Source: Synechococcus sp. (GTDB lineage: Bacteria > Cyanobacteriota > Cyanobacteriia > PCC-6307 > Cyanobiaceae). Taken from it: a stretch of DNA of 64,000 nucleotides. A program made the translations under genes and the position numbers. Of this stretch, positions 1 through 10,956 are shown in pieces. The stretch is from contig JBJBDL010000003.1 of NCBI GenBank assembly GCA_047285305.1, positions 1,984,001-2,048,000 on the forward strand, in the 5' to 3' direction. The notes beneath the pieces were generated by a model. That model searched no databases. It was not told where the DNA came from and worked only from the letters and a program-made list of their open reading frames with translations. Every line of letters starts with the position of its first letter. Positions within the stretch are counted from its first letter, which is position 1.

Positions 1-661
1 CAAGCACCGCCTCCGCGACGGTGAGGTCAAAGGGCGTGGTGACCTTGATGTTGGCGGGACCCGCATCCAAGACCTGCACAGGCCACCCCAGACGCTCGTA
101 CAACGACGCATCGTCGGTGACCGTCCAGCCCTGGGCAACCGCCTCAGCGTGGCCGCGACGAAGCTCATCAACGGCAAAGCCCTGCGGCGTCTGCGCAGCC
201 CAAAGCTCTGATCGATCCGGCGTATCGCGAATCACACCATCAGATCCCACGCGCTTGATCGTGTCGCTCACCGGCGTTGCAGCAATCAGCGCCGTGCCGG
301 CCTCCACCGCAGCTGCACAGCGATCAAACAACTCCGGTTCAGCCAAACAGCGGGCGCCGTCATGAATCAAGACGTGCCGAGCCTGCTCCGGCAACCCTGC
401 CAGACCACAAAGCACCGACTCCTGCCGCGTGCTGCCGCCCTGGATCCAGTGCACCGGCTTGCTGGGTGCGTCCAGCACCGCAAGGATGGCCTCTCGATCG
501 ACCTTCTGGCCGACGATCCCGATCCATTGGATCCGCTCGGAACGCAGGGCCGCCTCCAGGGTCCAGGCAATGACGGGGCGTCCGGCCAACGGCAGCAGCA
601 GCTTGTTGCGATCCGCACCCATGCGCCGACCGCTTCCCGCCGCAGCAATCAACAGATGCAC
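1..661 (-). CDS. ispD: 2-C-methyl-D-erythritol 4-phosphate cytidylyltransferase (3' end outside window)
   Basis: Manual translation from GTG at 661: [23 protein letters not shown]...QTPQGF...VTDDAS...[10 protein letters not shown]. Not in the ORF track because it runs off the edge. Confidence 0.95.
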   Translation of the reverse strand, partial: MHLLIAAAGSGRRMGADRNKLLLPLAGRPVIAWTLEAALRSERIQWIGIVGQKVDREAILAVLDAPSKPVHWIQGGSTRQESVLCGLAGLPEQARHVLIHDGARCLAEPELFDRCAAAVEAGTALIAATPVSDTIKRVGSDGVIRDTPDRSELWAAQTPQGFAVDELRRGHAEAVAQGWTVTDDASLYERLGWPVQVLDAGPANIKVTTPFDLTVAEAVL

Positions 662-733
662 AATCGACTCCTGCCCCAGACAGGCGTAAACGACCTCCAT
701 ACAATCAGCTCGCACCATGGATGGCGGCGCTGC

Positions 734-1567
734 ATGCGAGTTCTTGCCCTGAGCCCGGGTTCGCTCGAAGACCAGCTGGACCGTCTACCGGCTCTGGCAG
801 ACATCTGCCAGAAACTCAACGCCAGCCTGCAGGTGGCCTGTGAGCCCCAGCAGGCAGCTCCATGGAAGCTTCTGCCGTGCCTGGAAAAGCTGTTGCCGTT
901 CAACTTCGAGGCCAACCCCACCCTTGCGGACTGGGCCAACCTGCTCGGTTGTGTGCGCGAACCCGACTTTCAAATCTGCCTCAACTTCGCTGAAGGGCAG
1001 CAGGTGAACCTAATGCTGTCGATGAGCCATATCCCCAAACGGTTGGCGGTTGAGGGATTTTCCTGCACCGACCAAGTCAACGTCGGTCCAGGCTGGACGG
1101 CGCAGCGTCTCAACCCCTTCCTTCAAGCCCTGGGCCTTGATCTCGAGGCCGATCAGTTCCGCCTGCCCCTGGCGGCAGAGGCTCTTGAGGAAGCCCGTGA
1201 AGCACTGCCCAGCGGTGACGGCCCCCTACTGGTGCTGTCTCCATCCGGCCAGGGGGATGACTGGCCTTCAGCGGAATGGCACCAGCTGCCTGAAACGATC
1301 AAAAGCCGTCTACCGGCGCTGCGCAGCATGGTTCTGCCAGCCGAGCTCAGCCTGACCAAACGGGCGGCCTTGGTGGCCAATGCCGATGTCGTGCTCAGCA
1401 GCTGCCCGGTGTCCCAGCGCCTGGCGACCTATTGCGGCACCCCCCTGGTTGCCCTCGGAGCCGAGGCCGCAGACCTTCCCGAGCGCCAGGAGATCCGCTG
1501 CCTCGGCCGCCCGCAGGAGCTCGCCACACTGCAGAGCAGTGATGTGCTGACGGCCCTCGGTTTCTGA
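734..1567 (+). CDS. Glycosyltransferase family 9 (heptosyltransferase-like) protein
   Basis: [21 protein letters not shown]..., [20 protein letters not shown]. Start taken at ATG 734 inside the longer ORF, because the upstream part overlaps ispD. Confidence 0.75.
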   Translation: MRVLALSPGSLEDQLDRLPALADICQKLNASLQVACEPQQAAPWKLLPCLEKLLPFNFEANPTLADWANLLGCVREPDFQICLNFAEGQQVNLMLSMSHIPKRLAVEGFSCTDQVNVGPGWTAQRLNPFLQALGLDLEADQFRLPLAAEALEEAREALPSGDGPLLVLSPSGQGDDWPSAEWHQLPETIKSRLPALRSMVLPAELSLTKRAALVANADVVLSSCPVSQRLATYCGTPLVALGAEAADLPERQEIRCLGRPQELATLQSSDVLTALGF

Positions 1568-1578
1568 GGAGACGTCCG

Positions 1579-2634
1579 ATGAGGCGGCGCCGAGCCAGGG
1601 GACAGCTGAGGCTGATCACAGCTCCATGGCGGGGGCCCATCAGTGCCCTCAGCGCTGTGATCTTCGCGGGTGCCCTCGGTTATCGGATCACGGAGGGATG
1701 GGACTGGGGCGATTGCCTCTGGATGGTGCTGATCACCATCAGCACCATCGGTTTTGGAGAGGTCGCCCCGCTTTCACCTCCAGGCCGCCTGGTCACCGTC
1801 TTGATCGTGGTGGGTGGCTTGGTGGTTGTGCAACTGGCCATCCAACGCGTTCTCGGGCTGAAGGAGTCGGGATATTTCCGCAGACTGCGGGAGTTCCGCT
1901 TTCTCCGCATGCTGGAAGGCCTTCACGACCACGTGATTCTTTGCGGCTACGGCCGGATCGGGCAGGAGATTGCAGCCCAACTGCAACGGGACGCAGTACC
2001 ACTCGTAGTAATCGAAACCGATCCAGAACGACAAGCCGTGGCAGACGAGAATGGCCTCTGGGTGCTTCAGGCCGATGCAACCCTTGATGAAACCTTGCTG
2101 GACGCAGGTCTGGAACGGTGCTGCAGCCTTGTGGCAGCCCTACCCAGCGATGCCTCGAATCTGTACGTGATCCTCAGCGCCAAAGACCTACGACCGGATT
2201 GCCGCTTGATTGCCCGCGCCAACAGCGATGAAGCCGCCTCAAAGCTGAGGCTGGCAGGCGCCACTGTGGTGGTCAGTCCCTATGTAGCCGGTGGTCGGGT
2301 CATGGCCGCTTCGGCGCTGCGACCGCTGGCCCTCAACTTCATGGAGCTGTTGGCTGGCTCCGACTATGAAATCGAGGAATTCCAGCTGAGTCACGACCCT
2401 CTGCACCTGATGGAGATCCGCGGGCGGAGCCTGGCGGAACTAGAGCTGGGCCGTCGCAGTGGGGCCATGGTGCTGGCGATCCGGGAGAACGGAAAGCTGA
2501 TCGCCAATCCAGGCGGCGACACCCAGATGGCACCGGGGCAACTCCTGATTGTGCTGGGGAGCAAAACCCAACTCGCCACCTTTCAGTCGTTGCTTGGGGA
2601 GGCCGTCGACACGATTCAAGTCATGCCGGGTTGA
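1579..2634 (+). CDS. Potassium channel protein with TrkA-N/TrkA-C (RCK) domains
   Basis: Pore motif TISTIGFG between two TM helices, Rossmann CGYGRIG, C-terminal TrkA-C. Confidence 0.9.
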   Translation: MRRRRARGQLRLITAPWRGPISALSAVIFAGALGYRITEGWDWGDCLWMVLITISTIGFGEVAPLSPPGRLVTVLIVVGGLVVVQLAIQRVLGLKESGYFRRLREFRFLRMLEGLHDHVILCGYGRIGQEIAAQLQRDAVPLVVIETDPERQAVADENGLWVLQADATLDETLLDAGLERCCSLVAALPSDASNLYVILSAKDLRPDCRLIARANSDEAASKLRLAGATVVVSPYVAGGRVMAASALRPLALNFMELLAGSDYEIEEFQLSHDPLHLMEIRGRSLAELELGRRSGAMVLAIRENGKLIANPGGDTQMAPGQLLIVLGSKTQLATFQSLLGEAVDTIQVMPG

Positions 2635-2681
2635 GCTGGATGACGACGGCTCCGTACGATCCTCCGATCAACGGTGCCTCC

Positions 2682-3434
2682 ATGTCTCCCAGCGCTTCTC
2701 TTGCCGGACAGACCGCCCTGGTAACGGGAGGAGGTCGCGGCATCGGCCGGGCCATCGCCCTGGCCCTTGGCGAAGCCGGTGCAGAGGTGGTTGTGAACTA
2801 CTCCAGTTCCGCCGCCGCAGCCGATGAAGTTGTCGCTGCCATCACAACAGCAGGGGGCAAGGCCTATGCCCTGCAAGCCAACGTGTCGGTTGAGGCCGAG
2901 GTGGATGGCCTGATCAAGGCGGTGCTGGAGCGCAGCGGCCGTTTGGATGTGTTGGTGAACAACGCCGGCATCACGCGGGACGGCCTGCTGATGCGGATGA
3001 AAACCGACGATTGGCAATCGGTAATCGACCTTAACCTCAGTGGAGTGTTCCTCTGCACGCGAGCCGTGGCACGCCCGATGCTCAAGCAGAAGAGTGGTCG
3101 GATCATCAACATCACCTCCGTTGTGGGGCTGATGGGCAACGCAGGACAGGCCAACTACGCCGCCGCCAAAGCGGGCGTCATCGGTCTCACCCGCAGCACC
3201 GCCAAAGAGCTCAGCAGCCGTGGCATCACCGTGAACGCTGTGGCTCCGGGTTTCATTGCCACAGACATGACCAAGGACCTTGATGCGGAGGCCATCCTCA
3301 AAAACATCCCCCTGGGAACCTTTGGCACCCAGGAGCAGGTGGCCGGTGCCGTGCGCTTTCTTGCCGCCGACCCGGCCGCGTCCTACATCACAGGCCAGGT
3401 GCTGCAGGTGGATGGCGGCATGGTGATGGCCTGA
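2682..3434 (+). CDS. fabG: 3-oxoacyl-ACP reductase
   Basis: TGGGRGIG, NNAGITRD, YAAAK, QVLQVDGGM. Confidence 0.95.
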   Translation: MSPSASLAGQTALVTGGGRGIGRAIALALGEAGAEVVVNYSSSAAAADEVVAAITTAGGKAYALQANVSVEAEVDGLIKAVLERSGRLDVLVNNAGITRDGLLMRMKTDDWQSVIDLNLSGVFLCTRAVARPMLKQKSGRIINITSVVGLMGNAGQANYAAAKAGVIGLTRSTAKELSSRGITVNAVAPGFIATDMTKDLDAEAILKNIPLGTFGTQEQVAGAVRFLAADPAASYITGQVLQVDGGMVMA

Positions 3435-3443
3435 CCCTCAGGA

Positions 3444-3620
3444 TCAGGAATCAAGTGGTTGGGCCAACTCATCCCGCAGGCGGCGGATGCGCTGGAGCAG
3501 GCGTAACCGTCGACTGCGGGCTGTAGCGGTGAGAAAGATGCGCAAGGGCACGTAAACCAGGGCCATCGAACCGGCCAGCCCCGCCATCAGGACAAAAAAC
3601 AGCGCTCCGGATTCACCCAT
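3444..3620 (-). CDS. Small membrane protein (58 aa)
   Basis: Manual translation MGESGALFFVLMAGLAGSMALVYVPLRIFLTATARSRRLRLLQRIRRLRDELAQPLDS: one TM helix plus a basic tail, filling the fabG-groEL gap. Confidence 0.75.
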   Translation of the reverse strand: MGESGALFFVLMAGLAGSMALVYVPLRIFLTATARSRRLRLLQRIRRLRDELAQPLDS

Positions 3621-3751
3621 GAACGGACCCTAATCAGTTCATTTGAGAGCGGCATCCGGGCGGCCCCCAACCATTCGGCTTTCCCCACCACACCGCCTCT
3701 CCACGAGGGCCACATCGCTGTGGGACAGTGACCAACGGCGTGCCCGCGACT

Positions 3752-5431
3752 ATGGCCAAACTCCTTTCCTTCTCTGACGAATCCCGCAGCGCCCTTGAGC
3801 GGGGTGTAGATGCACTCGCCGATGCGGTGCGCGTCACGATCGGCCCCCGCGGTCGCAACGTTGTGCTCGAGAAGAAATTCGGCGCACCAGACATCGTCAA
3901 CGACGGCGACTCAATCGCCCGTGAAATCGAACTGGACGACCCGTTCGAAAACCTTGGCGCCAAGCTGATGCAGCAGGTGTCCTCGAAGACCAAGGACAAG
4001 GCCGGTGACGGCACCACGACCGCAACCATTTTGGCTCAGGCCATGGTGCGGGAAGGTCTACGCAACACCGCTGCTGGCGCAAGCCCTGTGGAACTCCGCC
4101 GAGGCATGGAGAAGGCCGCTGCACAGGTCGTGGCTGGACTGGGCGAGCGGAGCCAGGCCGTGGCAGGCGATGCCATTCGTCAGGTGGCAACGGTGAGCTC
4201 CGGCGGTGACGACGAAGTCGGTCGGATGATCGCGGAGGCGATGGACAAGGTGAGCACCGATGGGGTGATCACGGTTGAGGAATCGAAGTCTCTGGCAACG
4301 GAACTGGAAATCACTGAAGGCATGGCCTTCGACCGGGGCTACAGCTCCCCCTACTTCGTGACGGATGCCGACCGTCAGGTCTGTGAATTTGAAAACCCCC
4401 TGATCCTGCTGACGGATCGCAAGATCAGCACGATCACGGATCTGGTCCCCGTGCTGGAGACGGTTCAGAAGAGTGGTTCTCCCCTGCTGATCCTCTCTGA
4501 GGAAGTGGAAGGCGAAGCCCTCGCCACCCTTGTGATGAACAAGAGCCGTGGGGTTCTGCAGGTGGCCGCTGTTCGGGCACCCTCCTTTGGCGAACGCCGC
4601 AAGGCAGCCCTCGCCGATATCGCCATCCTCACGGGCGGGACGCTGATCAGCGAAGACAAGGCGATGACCCTCGACAAAGTGACCCTTGAGGATCTCGGCA
4701 AAGCCCGCCGCGTCACCATCAGCAAGGAGAGCACCACGATCGTCGCCACCGACGACCATCGCCAGGCGGTGAGCGAGCGCGTCGGCGCGATCCGACGTGA
4801 ACTGGAGGCCACTGAATCCGACTACGACCGCGAAAAACTCCAGGAGCGAATCGCCAAACTGGCCGGCGGCGTGGCTGTGATCAAGGTCGGTGCACCGACG
4901 GAAACAGAACTGAAGAACCGCAAACTGCGGATCGAGGATGCCCTGAATGCCACCCGTGCCGCCGTGGAAGAGGGCATTGTTGCCGGCGGCGGCAGCACCT
5001 TGCTGCAACTCTCCGACAGCCTGGATGCCCTGGCTTCATCCCTGAATGGCGACCAGCGCACCGGCGTTGAGATCGTGCAGCGGGCACTGACGGCGCCGAT
5101 TCATCAGATCGCCACCAATGCCGGTCAGAACGGTGACGTTGTGATTGCTGGCATGCGCAGCCGCGGCCAGGGATTTAACGCCCGCAGTGGCGCCTACGAA
5201 GACCTTATGGCTGCTGGGATCGTTGATGCCGCCAAGGTGGTGCGCTTGGCCGTGCAGGATTCGATTTCGATCGCTTCTCTGCTGATCACCACCGAGGTTG
5301 TGATTGCCGACAAGCCGGAACCCCCTGCACCAGCTCCCGCCGGAGACGGAGACCCCATGGGTGGCATGGGCGGAATGGGTGGCATGGGCATGCCCGGAAT
5401 GGGCGGCATGGGAATGCCCGGGATGATGTGA
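3752..5431 (+). CDS. groL: Chaperonin GroEL (stand-alone GroEL2 type, no adjacent groES)
   Basis: [19 protein letters not shown]-repeat tail. Confidence 0.97.
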   Translation: MAKLLSFSDESRSALERGVDALADAVRVTIGPRGRNVVLEKKFGAPDIVNDGDSIAREIELDDPFENLGAKLMQQVSSKTKDKAGDGTTTATILAQAMVREGLRNTAAGASPVELRRGMEKAAAQVVAGLGERSQAVAGDAIRQVATVSSGGDDEVGRMIAEAMDKVSTDGVITVEESKSLATELEITEGMAFDRGYSSPYFVTDADRQVCEFENPLILLTDRKISTITDLVPVLETVQKSGSPLLILSEEVEGEALATLVMNKSRGVLQVAAVRAPSFGERRKAALADIAILTGGTLISEDKAMTLDKVTLEDLGKARRVTISKESTTIVATDDHRQAVSERVGAIRRELEATESDYDREKLQERIAKLAGGVAVIKVGAPTETELKNRKLRIEDALNATRAAVEEGIVAGGGSTLLQLSDSLDALASSLNGDQRTGVEIVQRALTAPIHQIATNAGQNGDVVIAGMRSRGQGFNARSGAYEDLMAAGIVDAAKVVRLAVQDSISIASLLITTEVVIADKPEPPAPAPAGDGDPMGGMGGMGGMGMPGMGGMGMPGMM

Positions 5432-6121
5432 TCAGCTGATCATTCCCTGCCGATAGGCGATCACCTGGAGGTCCACTCCGGTGATCGCCGTCCCCACCAC
5501 AACGGTGTCGGCTCCAGCATTTAATGCCAACCGTGCATCCGCTGGAGAAGCAATTCCCCCCTCACAGATCAGACGAACCGAACTGGGAAGTTCAGCGCGA
5601 AGTTGGGGGAGCAGATCAAACGCAGGGGGGCGCTGCTGTGCCGTGTCTTCCGTGTAGCCGTAGAGCGTGGTGCCAACCCAGTCACAGCCCAGTTCGGCTG
5701 CCCGCAAACCATTCTCTAGCGAATCCACATCAGCCATCAGCGGGGCCCTCAGCTCATCACGGCTGCGCTTGATCAACGCGGCCAAGTCCTGCCCTGCAGG
5801 GCGCGGACGGGCTGTGGCATCAATCGCGATCACATCTGCCCCCGCAGACCACACAGCCTGAATTTCTCTCCAGCCCGGGGTGATGTACACCGAGCTATCC
5901 GGGAACGTGCATTTCCAGAGGCCGATGATCAAGGCATCCGGACAGCGCCGACGCACAGCACCGATGTGTTCAGGACTTTCCAAGCGCACACCCACAGCCC
6001 CATTGCGCAGGGCTGCATCCGCCATGGCTGCGATCACATCGGGATCGCGCATCGGCGAACCCTGGGGGGCCTGCACCGAAACGATCAGGCCCTGATCCAG
6101 GGATTCAGGGTTGGGAATCAT
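5432..6121 (-). CDS. nanE: N-acetylmannosamine-6-phosphate 2-epimerase
   Basis: GLIVSVQA, IIGLWK, YITP, GTTLYGYT, EGGI, VVVGTAIT. Confidence 0.92.
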   Translation of the reverse strand: MIPNPESLDQGLIVSVQAPQGSPMRDPDVIAAMADAALRNGAVGVRLESPEHIGAVRRRCPDALIIGLWKCTFPDSSVYITPGWREIQAVWSAGADVIAIDATARPRPAGQDLAALIKRSRDELRAPLMADVDSLENGLRAAELGCDWVGTTLYGYTEDTAQQRPPAFDLLPQLRAELPSSVRLICEGGIASPADARLALNAGADTVVVGTAITGVDLQVIAYRQGMIS

Positions 6122-6126
6122 GGTGA

Positions 6127-6921
6127 TCAGGACGCCTTAGGGAAAGCGTCATCCTCCCGGCGGGGTAGCCAACGCCGCAGCGAACGGGGCGTGCTGATCG
6201 GTGGGGCAGGCACAGGAGCCACCGGGAAGCTGCGTTGAAGCGGCGTTTCTTCAGCTGCACTCTCGTCCTCTTCGACGATCGTTTCCTCTGCAGCGACCAC
6301 CCCGTTCTGCATCACCTCGCTCTCAATCAACACGTCGTCTTCATCCGCAATCTGCTCCTCTTCTTCAACGACCATCTCGTCCTCTTCGACGGTCGTTTCC
6401 TCTGCAGCGACCACCCCGTTCTGCATCACCTCGCTCTCAATCAACACGTCGTCTTCATCCGCAATCTGCTCCTCTTCTTCAACGACCATCTCGTCCTCTT
6501 CGACGGTCGTTTCCTCTGCAGCGACCACCCCGTTCTGCATCACCTCGCTCTCAATCAACACGTCGTCTTGAGGAGCAATCTGCTCCTCTTCTTCAACGAC
6601 CATCTCGTCCTCTTCGACGGTCGTTTCCTCTGCAGCGACCACCCCGTTCTGCATCACCTCGCTCTCAATCAACACGTCGTCTTGAGGAGCAATCTCCTCC
6701 TCTGCGACAGGCATCGGCGCGGAACTGAACTCATGTTTCGAAGCTGACGGTTCCGGCAAGCGCAGATCAAGCTCAGCTGCCCCGTCAAAGCCGTAACGGT
6801 GAACCCACTGACTGATCAGACCCGCTAGCAAGGCCTCATCACCTGAGGTTCTGGCCTCCTGGATCTGAAGGGCTAGAGCGTTCTGTCGAGGTGATGGCTG
6901 CTGGAACGGAGAAGAAAGCAC
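6127..6921 (-). CDS. Acidic hypothetical protein with about 4 internal 38-aa repeats
   Basis: Open frame with QWVHRYG near the N-terminus and LRRWLP near the C-terminus flanking E/V-rich repeats. GTG start uncertain. Confidence 0.8.
   Translation of the reverse strand: MLSSPFQQPSPRQNALALQIQEARTSGDEALLAGLISQWVHRYGFDGAAELDLRLPEPSASKHEFSSAPMPVAEEEIAPQDDVLIESEVMQNGVVAAEETTVEEDEMVVEEEEQIAPQDDVLIESEVMQNGVVAAEETTVEEDEMVVEEEEQIADEDDVLIESEVMQNGVVAAEETTVEEDEMVVEEEEQIADEDDVLIESEVMQNGVVAAEETIVEEDESAAEETPLQRSFPVAPVPAPPISTPRSLRRWLPRREDDAFPKAS
6261..6695. repeat. 114-bp tandem repeat, about 3.8 copies, in frame in the CDS
   Basis: TCTCGTCCTCTTCGACG recurs at 6261, 6375, 6489 and 6603. Confidence 0.97.
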
Positions 6922-6925
6922 GGAT

Positions 6926-7789
6926 TCAGGAAAGTTTGCGGTTGAGCAGAGGGCGAATCGCAAGGAACAGCCCGATGGTGAGAAACAGAAGGATCAGCAA
7001 GCAACTGGTGCCGGTGACATCCCCATAGGGGGCCTCCAGCAGAACGGCCGAAAGGTCCAGAGGGCCCTGGTAAGCCGCTCGAATGGGTTCTATCGCGAAG
7101 GTAAGGGGATTCAAGGCCGCAAGCCAGCCCAGCCAGGTCGGCATGAATGACAACGGGGCCAAGGCCGTGCTGGCAAACAGCAAAGGCAAGTTGGCCACAA
7201 AAATCACAGCGATCAACTCGATGTGCCCCGGCAAAGCAAAGGCCAGTCCGAGGCTGAGGGCCGTCACAGCAAAAACCAGAAGCAGCAGCGTCACCAGCAC
7301 AAGGGCCAGGCCGCTGATGCCGGGCCATCCGTAACCGAGCACTGCTGCCGTGCCCATGATCGCCAGACTCTGCAACAGGCTCAGCGCCGTGATGTAGATC
7401 ACCGAGGCCAGCACGATGGAACTGCGGCTTCGCAGTGGTGCCACCAGCAGCCGATTAAGGAAACCGAATTCGCGATCAAACATCACCGGCAGGCCGGCAT
7501 TCAAAGCACCGCTGAAGGCTGTGAAGACAATCACTCCGGCACCAAGAAATCGGCCGTAGCTCATGCCCCCTGGCAACAGCCCCTCGGGGGCATTCGCGAA
7601 CAGTGCACCGAAGAGAATCAACCAGATAAGGGGTTGCAGAACCCCGGCGATCAAGGTCGATGGGCGACGCATCAACTGAAGAAACAAGCGCCGGGTGAGG
7701 GCCAACGTTTCCTGGCTGAGCTCGGCGAGGGCTCCGGATTGCTGCTGCTGGAGAGCAACAGATGCTGTTGGGGAAGTCATCGTTGGCAC
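6926..7789 (-). CDS. ABC-2 type transporter permease
   Basis: QPLIWLILFG, DREFGFLNRLLVAP, NPLTFAIE; multiple TM helices. Confidence 0.9.
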   Translation of the reverse strand: MPTMTSPTASVALQQQQSGALAELSQETLALTRRLFLQLMRRPSTLIAGVLQPLIWLILFGALFANAPEGLLPGGMSYGRFLGAGVIVFTAFSGALNAGLPVMFDREFGFLNRLLVAPLRSRSSIVLASVIYITALSLLQSLAIMGTAAVLGYGWPGISGLALVLVTLLLLVFAVTALSLGLAFALPGHIELIAVIFVANLPLLFASTALAPLSFMPTWLGWLAALNPLTFAIEPIRAAYQGPLDLSAVLLEAPYGDVTGTSCLLILLFLTIGLFLAIRPLLNRKLS

Positions 7790-8803
7790 TCAACGCATGG
7801 ATTGACGCTTTTCCTGTTTGACGTCGCGCTGGCCTGCGATGGCCAGTTCAGCATCCATCAGGGTGCGTCCTGTGGCCTGAAGGTAGACATCATCCAGGCT
7901 GGGACGACTCTGGGCCAGGGCAAACACAGGCAAACCTGCAGCCTCGAGGGTCTGACGCAGCTGATCGATCACGGCGCCTCCCTCAATCACCAGGTTTAGG
8001 GAAAAGCCCTGAGAGCGGTTCACCACCACCTGAAGCACCCCATCCAAGGGTTCGAGAAGGGCACGCACCTGGGTCGCCTCATCGCCATTGCTGAACTCTC
8101 GGATTCGCAGAGTCACGCGATCACCCCCAAGCCGTTGTTTGAGCTGATCAGGGCTGCCTTCGGCAATCACACGGCCGGCGTCGATGATCGCCAACTGATC
8201 CGCCAGAGCCTCCACTTCTTCGAGATAGTGACTGCTAAGCAGAACAGTGGTGCCCTCATTCACCAGCTGACGCAGCAGCTGCCAGATGGCACTGCGGCTC
8301 TCGATATCCAGTCCCACGGTGGGTTCATCGAGCACGAGCAACCGGGGGCGGTGCAGCAGACCGGCGGCTAGATCCAGACGCCGCCTCATACCACCGGAGT
8401 AGGTGCCGCAGCGGCGGTCAATCCAGTCGCCCATCGCGAGGCGGTCAATCAGATCGGCGATGCGGCTATCGCGATCGTTCCGCGGCAGGTGGTAGAGATC
8501 ACCTTGCAATTGCAGCAGTTCCCGGCCACTCAGGATCTTGTCGATGGCCACCTCCTGGGCCACATAGCCCATGAGCTGGCGCACTTCTCGTGGCTGCACC
8601 AGACCGTCAACACCCCCAACAACAACTGAGCCGCTGTCAGGGGCGAGCAGGGTGGCCAGAATGCGCATAGCCGTTGTTTTGCCGGCACCGTTCGGGCCAA
8701 GCAGCCCGTACAGGCATCCTTCAGGAACGGTGAGATCAAGCTCATGCAGAGCCGGTACCGAGCCGTAGGCCTTGGAGATCTTGCGCAGTTCAATCAACGC
8801 CAT
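7790..8803 (-). CDS. ABC transporter ATP-binding protein (DrrA-like)
   Basis: GPNGAGKTT, YSGGMRRR, LDEPT. Confidence 0.92.
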   Translation of the reverse strand: MALIELRKISKAYGSVPALHELDLTVPEGCLYGLLGPNGAGKTTAMRILATLLAPDSGSVVVGGVDGLVQPREVRQLMGYVAQEVAIDKILSGRELLQLQGDLYHLPRNDRDSRIADLIDRLAMGDWIDRRCGTYSGGMRRRLDLAAGLLHRPRLLVLDEPTVGLDIESRSAIWQLLRQLVNEGTTVLLSSHYLEEVEALADQLAIIDAGRVIAEGSPDQLKQRLGGDRVTLRIREFSNGDEATQVRALLEPLDGVLQVVVNRSQGFSLNLVIEGGAVIDQLRQTLEAAGLPVFALAQSRPSLDDVYLQATGRTLMDAELAIAGQRDVKQEKRQSMR

Positions 8804-8853
8804 CAGGCACCGTCAGGGACTTGCTCGGCCAATTCAGGGAATCTAGAGAGTGC

Positions 8854-9837
8854 TCATTGCACCGCCGTTGGCAGGGAGAGAAGTTGCATCACCTGGTGAG
8901 CAAAGCCTGAGGCAAGATCCGTCCGGCTGAGAATGAGAAGCAGGCACAGGCCAAACAGATAGAGGATCGACCAACGGAACAGGGCCTTGGCATTCACAAG
9001 ACTGTCGGGATCCAGGGACAGCCGATCGACGAGCTGCAGCAATCGACCGTTGTAGGGCAGCAGCATCACGCCATAGAAGGCGCCACCTGAAGGCAAAGCA
9101 AACACGCCCAAACCGCTGAGCAGAACGGTGATCCAGCCGTAGGTCTTGATCGCCCGCGCCGTCACCACAGGACCCTTCACCACGGGCAGCATCGGGATCC
9201 CGACAGCGCGATAGTCCTCGCGCAACAGCAGGGCCAAAGCCCAGAAATGGGCTGGTGTCCAGACCATCACCAAAGCGAACAGCCACCAGCCCCCGAGGCC
9301 AACATGGCCCGTGGCGGCCGCCGCCCCAACCAGGGGCGGAATGGCCCCGGCGACACCACCGATGACGATGTTCTGGGACGTCCGCGGCTTGAGCAAGGCT
9401 GTGTAGAGCAGCACGTAACTGCAGAGGCCGAGCAGGGACAACCCAGCAGCGAGACAGTTCACACCGCTTACCAGAAGCATCGCCGCCGCGAGGGTGCAGG
9501 CGATGGCGCCGATGAATGCACTGGTGGGCGACAGCCGACCGGAGGGGAGTGCGCGACGGCTGGTACGGGCCATCCGGCCATCGAGATCCTGCTCCCACAA
9601 GCAGTTCAGAACCCCTGCAGCAGCGGAGGCAAGCGCCCCTCCCCCCAGGGTGCAGACAAGCCGAGGCGATGAGAGCGGCCAGCCTTCACTGAGAGCCATT
9701 CCACCCAGGGTGGTGGCCAGCAGCAAAGGGATCAGGCGGGGCTTGGCGACTTCCAGCCAGGCCGGAAGTTTCACCCGCTTGCGGGAGGGAACGACCTCCT
9801 CACGGGTCGGACGAACGGTTGCAGTAATTTCAGCCAT
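8854..9837 (-). CDS. ctaB: Heme O synthase (protoheme IX farnesyltransferase)
   Basis: [36 protein letters not shown]. Confidence 0.95.
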   Translation of the reverse strand: MAEITATVRPTREEVVPSRKRVKLPAWLEVAKPRLIPLLLATTLGGMALSEGWPLSSPRLVCTLGGGALASAAAGVLNCLWEQDLDGRMARTSRRALPSGRLSPTSAFIGAIACTLAAAMLLVSGVNCLAAGLSLLGLCSYVLLYTALLKPRTSQNIVIGGVAGAIPPLVGAAAATGHVGLGGWWLFALVMVWTPAHFWALALLLREDYRAVGIPMLPVVKGPVVTARAIKTYGWITVLLSGLGVFALPSGGAFYGVMLLPYNGRLLQLVDRLSLDPDSLVNAKALFRWSILYLFGLCLLLILSRTDLASGFAHQVMQLLSLPTAVQ

Positions 9838-10756
9838 GACAGGCCTCCAACGAGGTGTCGTCGAGGACGAAGGAACGTGACGGTGAGGGGAGGTTCGGAG
9901 AGCGAACCAGAAGCGCCGCCAGCAGAGCGATCAGCAGTGCAGCCACGAGTTGATGCGCAACCGTCACTGCCGGTTGCGACAAACCAAGACGAAGTGTGAG
10001 AACGCCTAGGGCCACCTGAACCAGCACCAAAAGCACGGCCCCACCAAGCCAGGGCCACTGCTGACGAGCCCAACCACCCGCCATCACGGCTGCCCCGGCG
10101 AAGCCGAGCACAACAACGACCACCGGCATCGCTGTCAGGCGATGGGAAACCACCAGCTGGCAGGCCTCTCCTCCAGCAAGGCATCGCTGCCCTGCCCATG
10201 CGGTGGCCATGCGACCACCGAGCAGGCACTGCACAAAGACCGACAACAAGCCAAGCGATGCCCCGATGCGCCACCAGAGCGGAGCGACGGCAGCAGCGGG
10301 GTGAAGCAGGCGTTGGGTCAGCCCACTCAGGAGCGCCACGAGGGTGAGCGCGAGAGCCAGGTGGGCTGTCACCACAGCGGAGGGAAGCAACTGGGTCACC
10401 GTCAGCGCACCCAAACCTCCCTGCATCGCCACCAAAACCATCAGACCGATGGCCAGCCAGGGCAGCCATCGCGGCAGTTGGCGCCGCTGAAGCGTCGTCG
10501 CCACAGCCATCACCACCAGGGCAATGCCGATGACGAAGGCATCAAGGCGGTGAAACCACTCAAGGAATACCTGAACATTCATCTGGCGACCAGGCAAAAA
10601 CGAGCCGAAGCACAGGGGCCAGTCCGGGCAGGCCAAGCCGGCTTCCATCACCCGGGTTGCTCCACCGATCACCACCAAAGCGATTACGGCAACCACAAGA
10701 TGAGCCGACAACAACCCAAGACGTCGACGCAATGTCGACATTGAGGAAAGCATCAT
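9830..10756 (-). CDS. ctaA: Heme A synthase (COX15/CtaA)
   Basis: [33 protein letters not shown]. Confidence 0.93.
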   Translation of the reverse strand: MMLSSMSTLRRRLGLLSAHLVVAVIALVVIGGATRVMEAGLACPDWPLCFGSFLPGRQMNVQVFLEWFHRLDAFVIGIALVVMAVATTLQRRQLPRWLPWLAIGLMVLVAMQGGLGALTVTQLLPSAVVTAHLALALTLVALLSGLTQRLLHPAAAVAPLWWRIGASLGLLSVFVQCLLGGRMATAWAGQRCLAGGEACQLVVSHRLTAMPVVVVVLGFAGAAVMAGGWARQQWPWLGGAVLLVLVQVALGVLTLRLGLSQPAVTVAHQLVAALLIALLAALLVRSPNLPSPSRSFVLDDTSLEACHG

Positions 10757-10956
10757 CGAACAAGCTCCATCCGATGTACCCAAAAGGGATTGCTTGGACC
10801 GTAGCGATGCAGAAGATGACGTCACGCTGTGTGGACGTCTGCAACACAAATGAGGAAAAATCATCCCCTTTTCCTGACAGAAATAAGGCCTTAACAATCA
10901 CTTCATGGAGAACCGCATCCAGGCCCATACGCTGTTTAAAACCTGGGATTGATCAG

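Noticed and set aside
362..733. N-terminal extension of the 401-aa ORF
   Set aside because: It is antisense to ispD; the real gene most likely starts at ATG 734.
4058..5008. Long antisense ORFs opposite groEL, and similar ones opposite ctaD, topA, the GT4 gene, serS, pnp and psbA
   Set aside because: Shadow frames expected from high-GC codon bias in conserved genes; no recognisable motifs.
5356..5431. GGM repeats at the end of groEL
   Set aside because: Normal chaperonin C-terminal tail.
6261..6695. Regular repeat as a possible CRISPR array
   Set aside because: Units are contiguous 114-bp in-frame copies with no unique spacers, and no cas genes are present.
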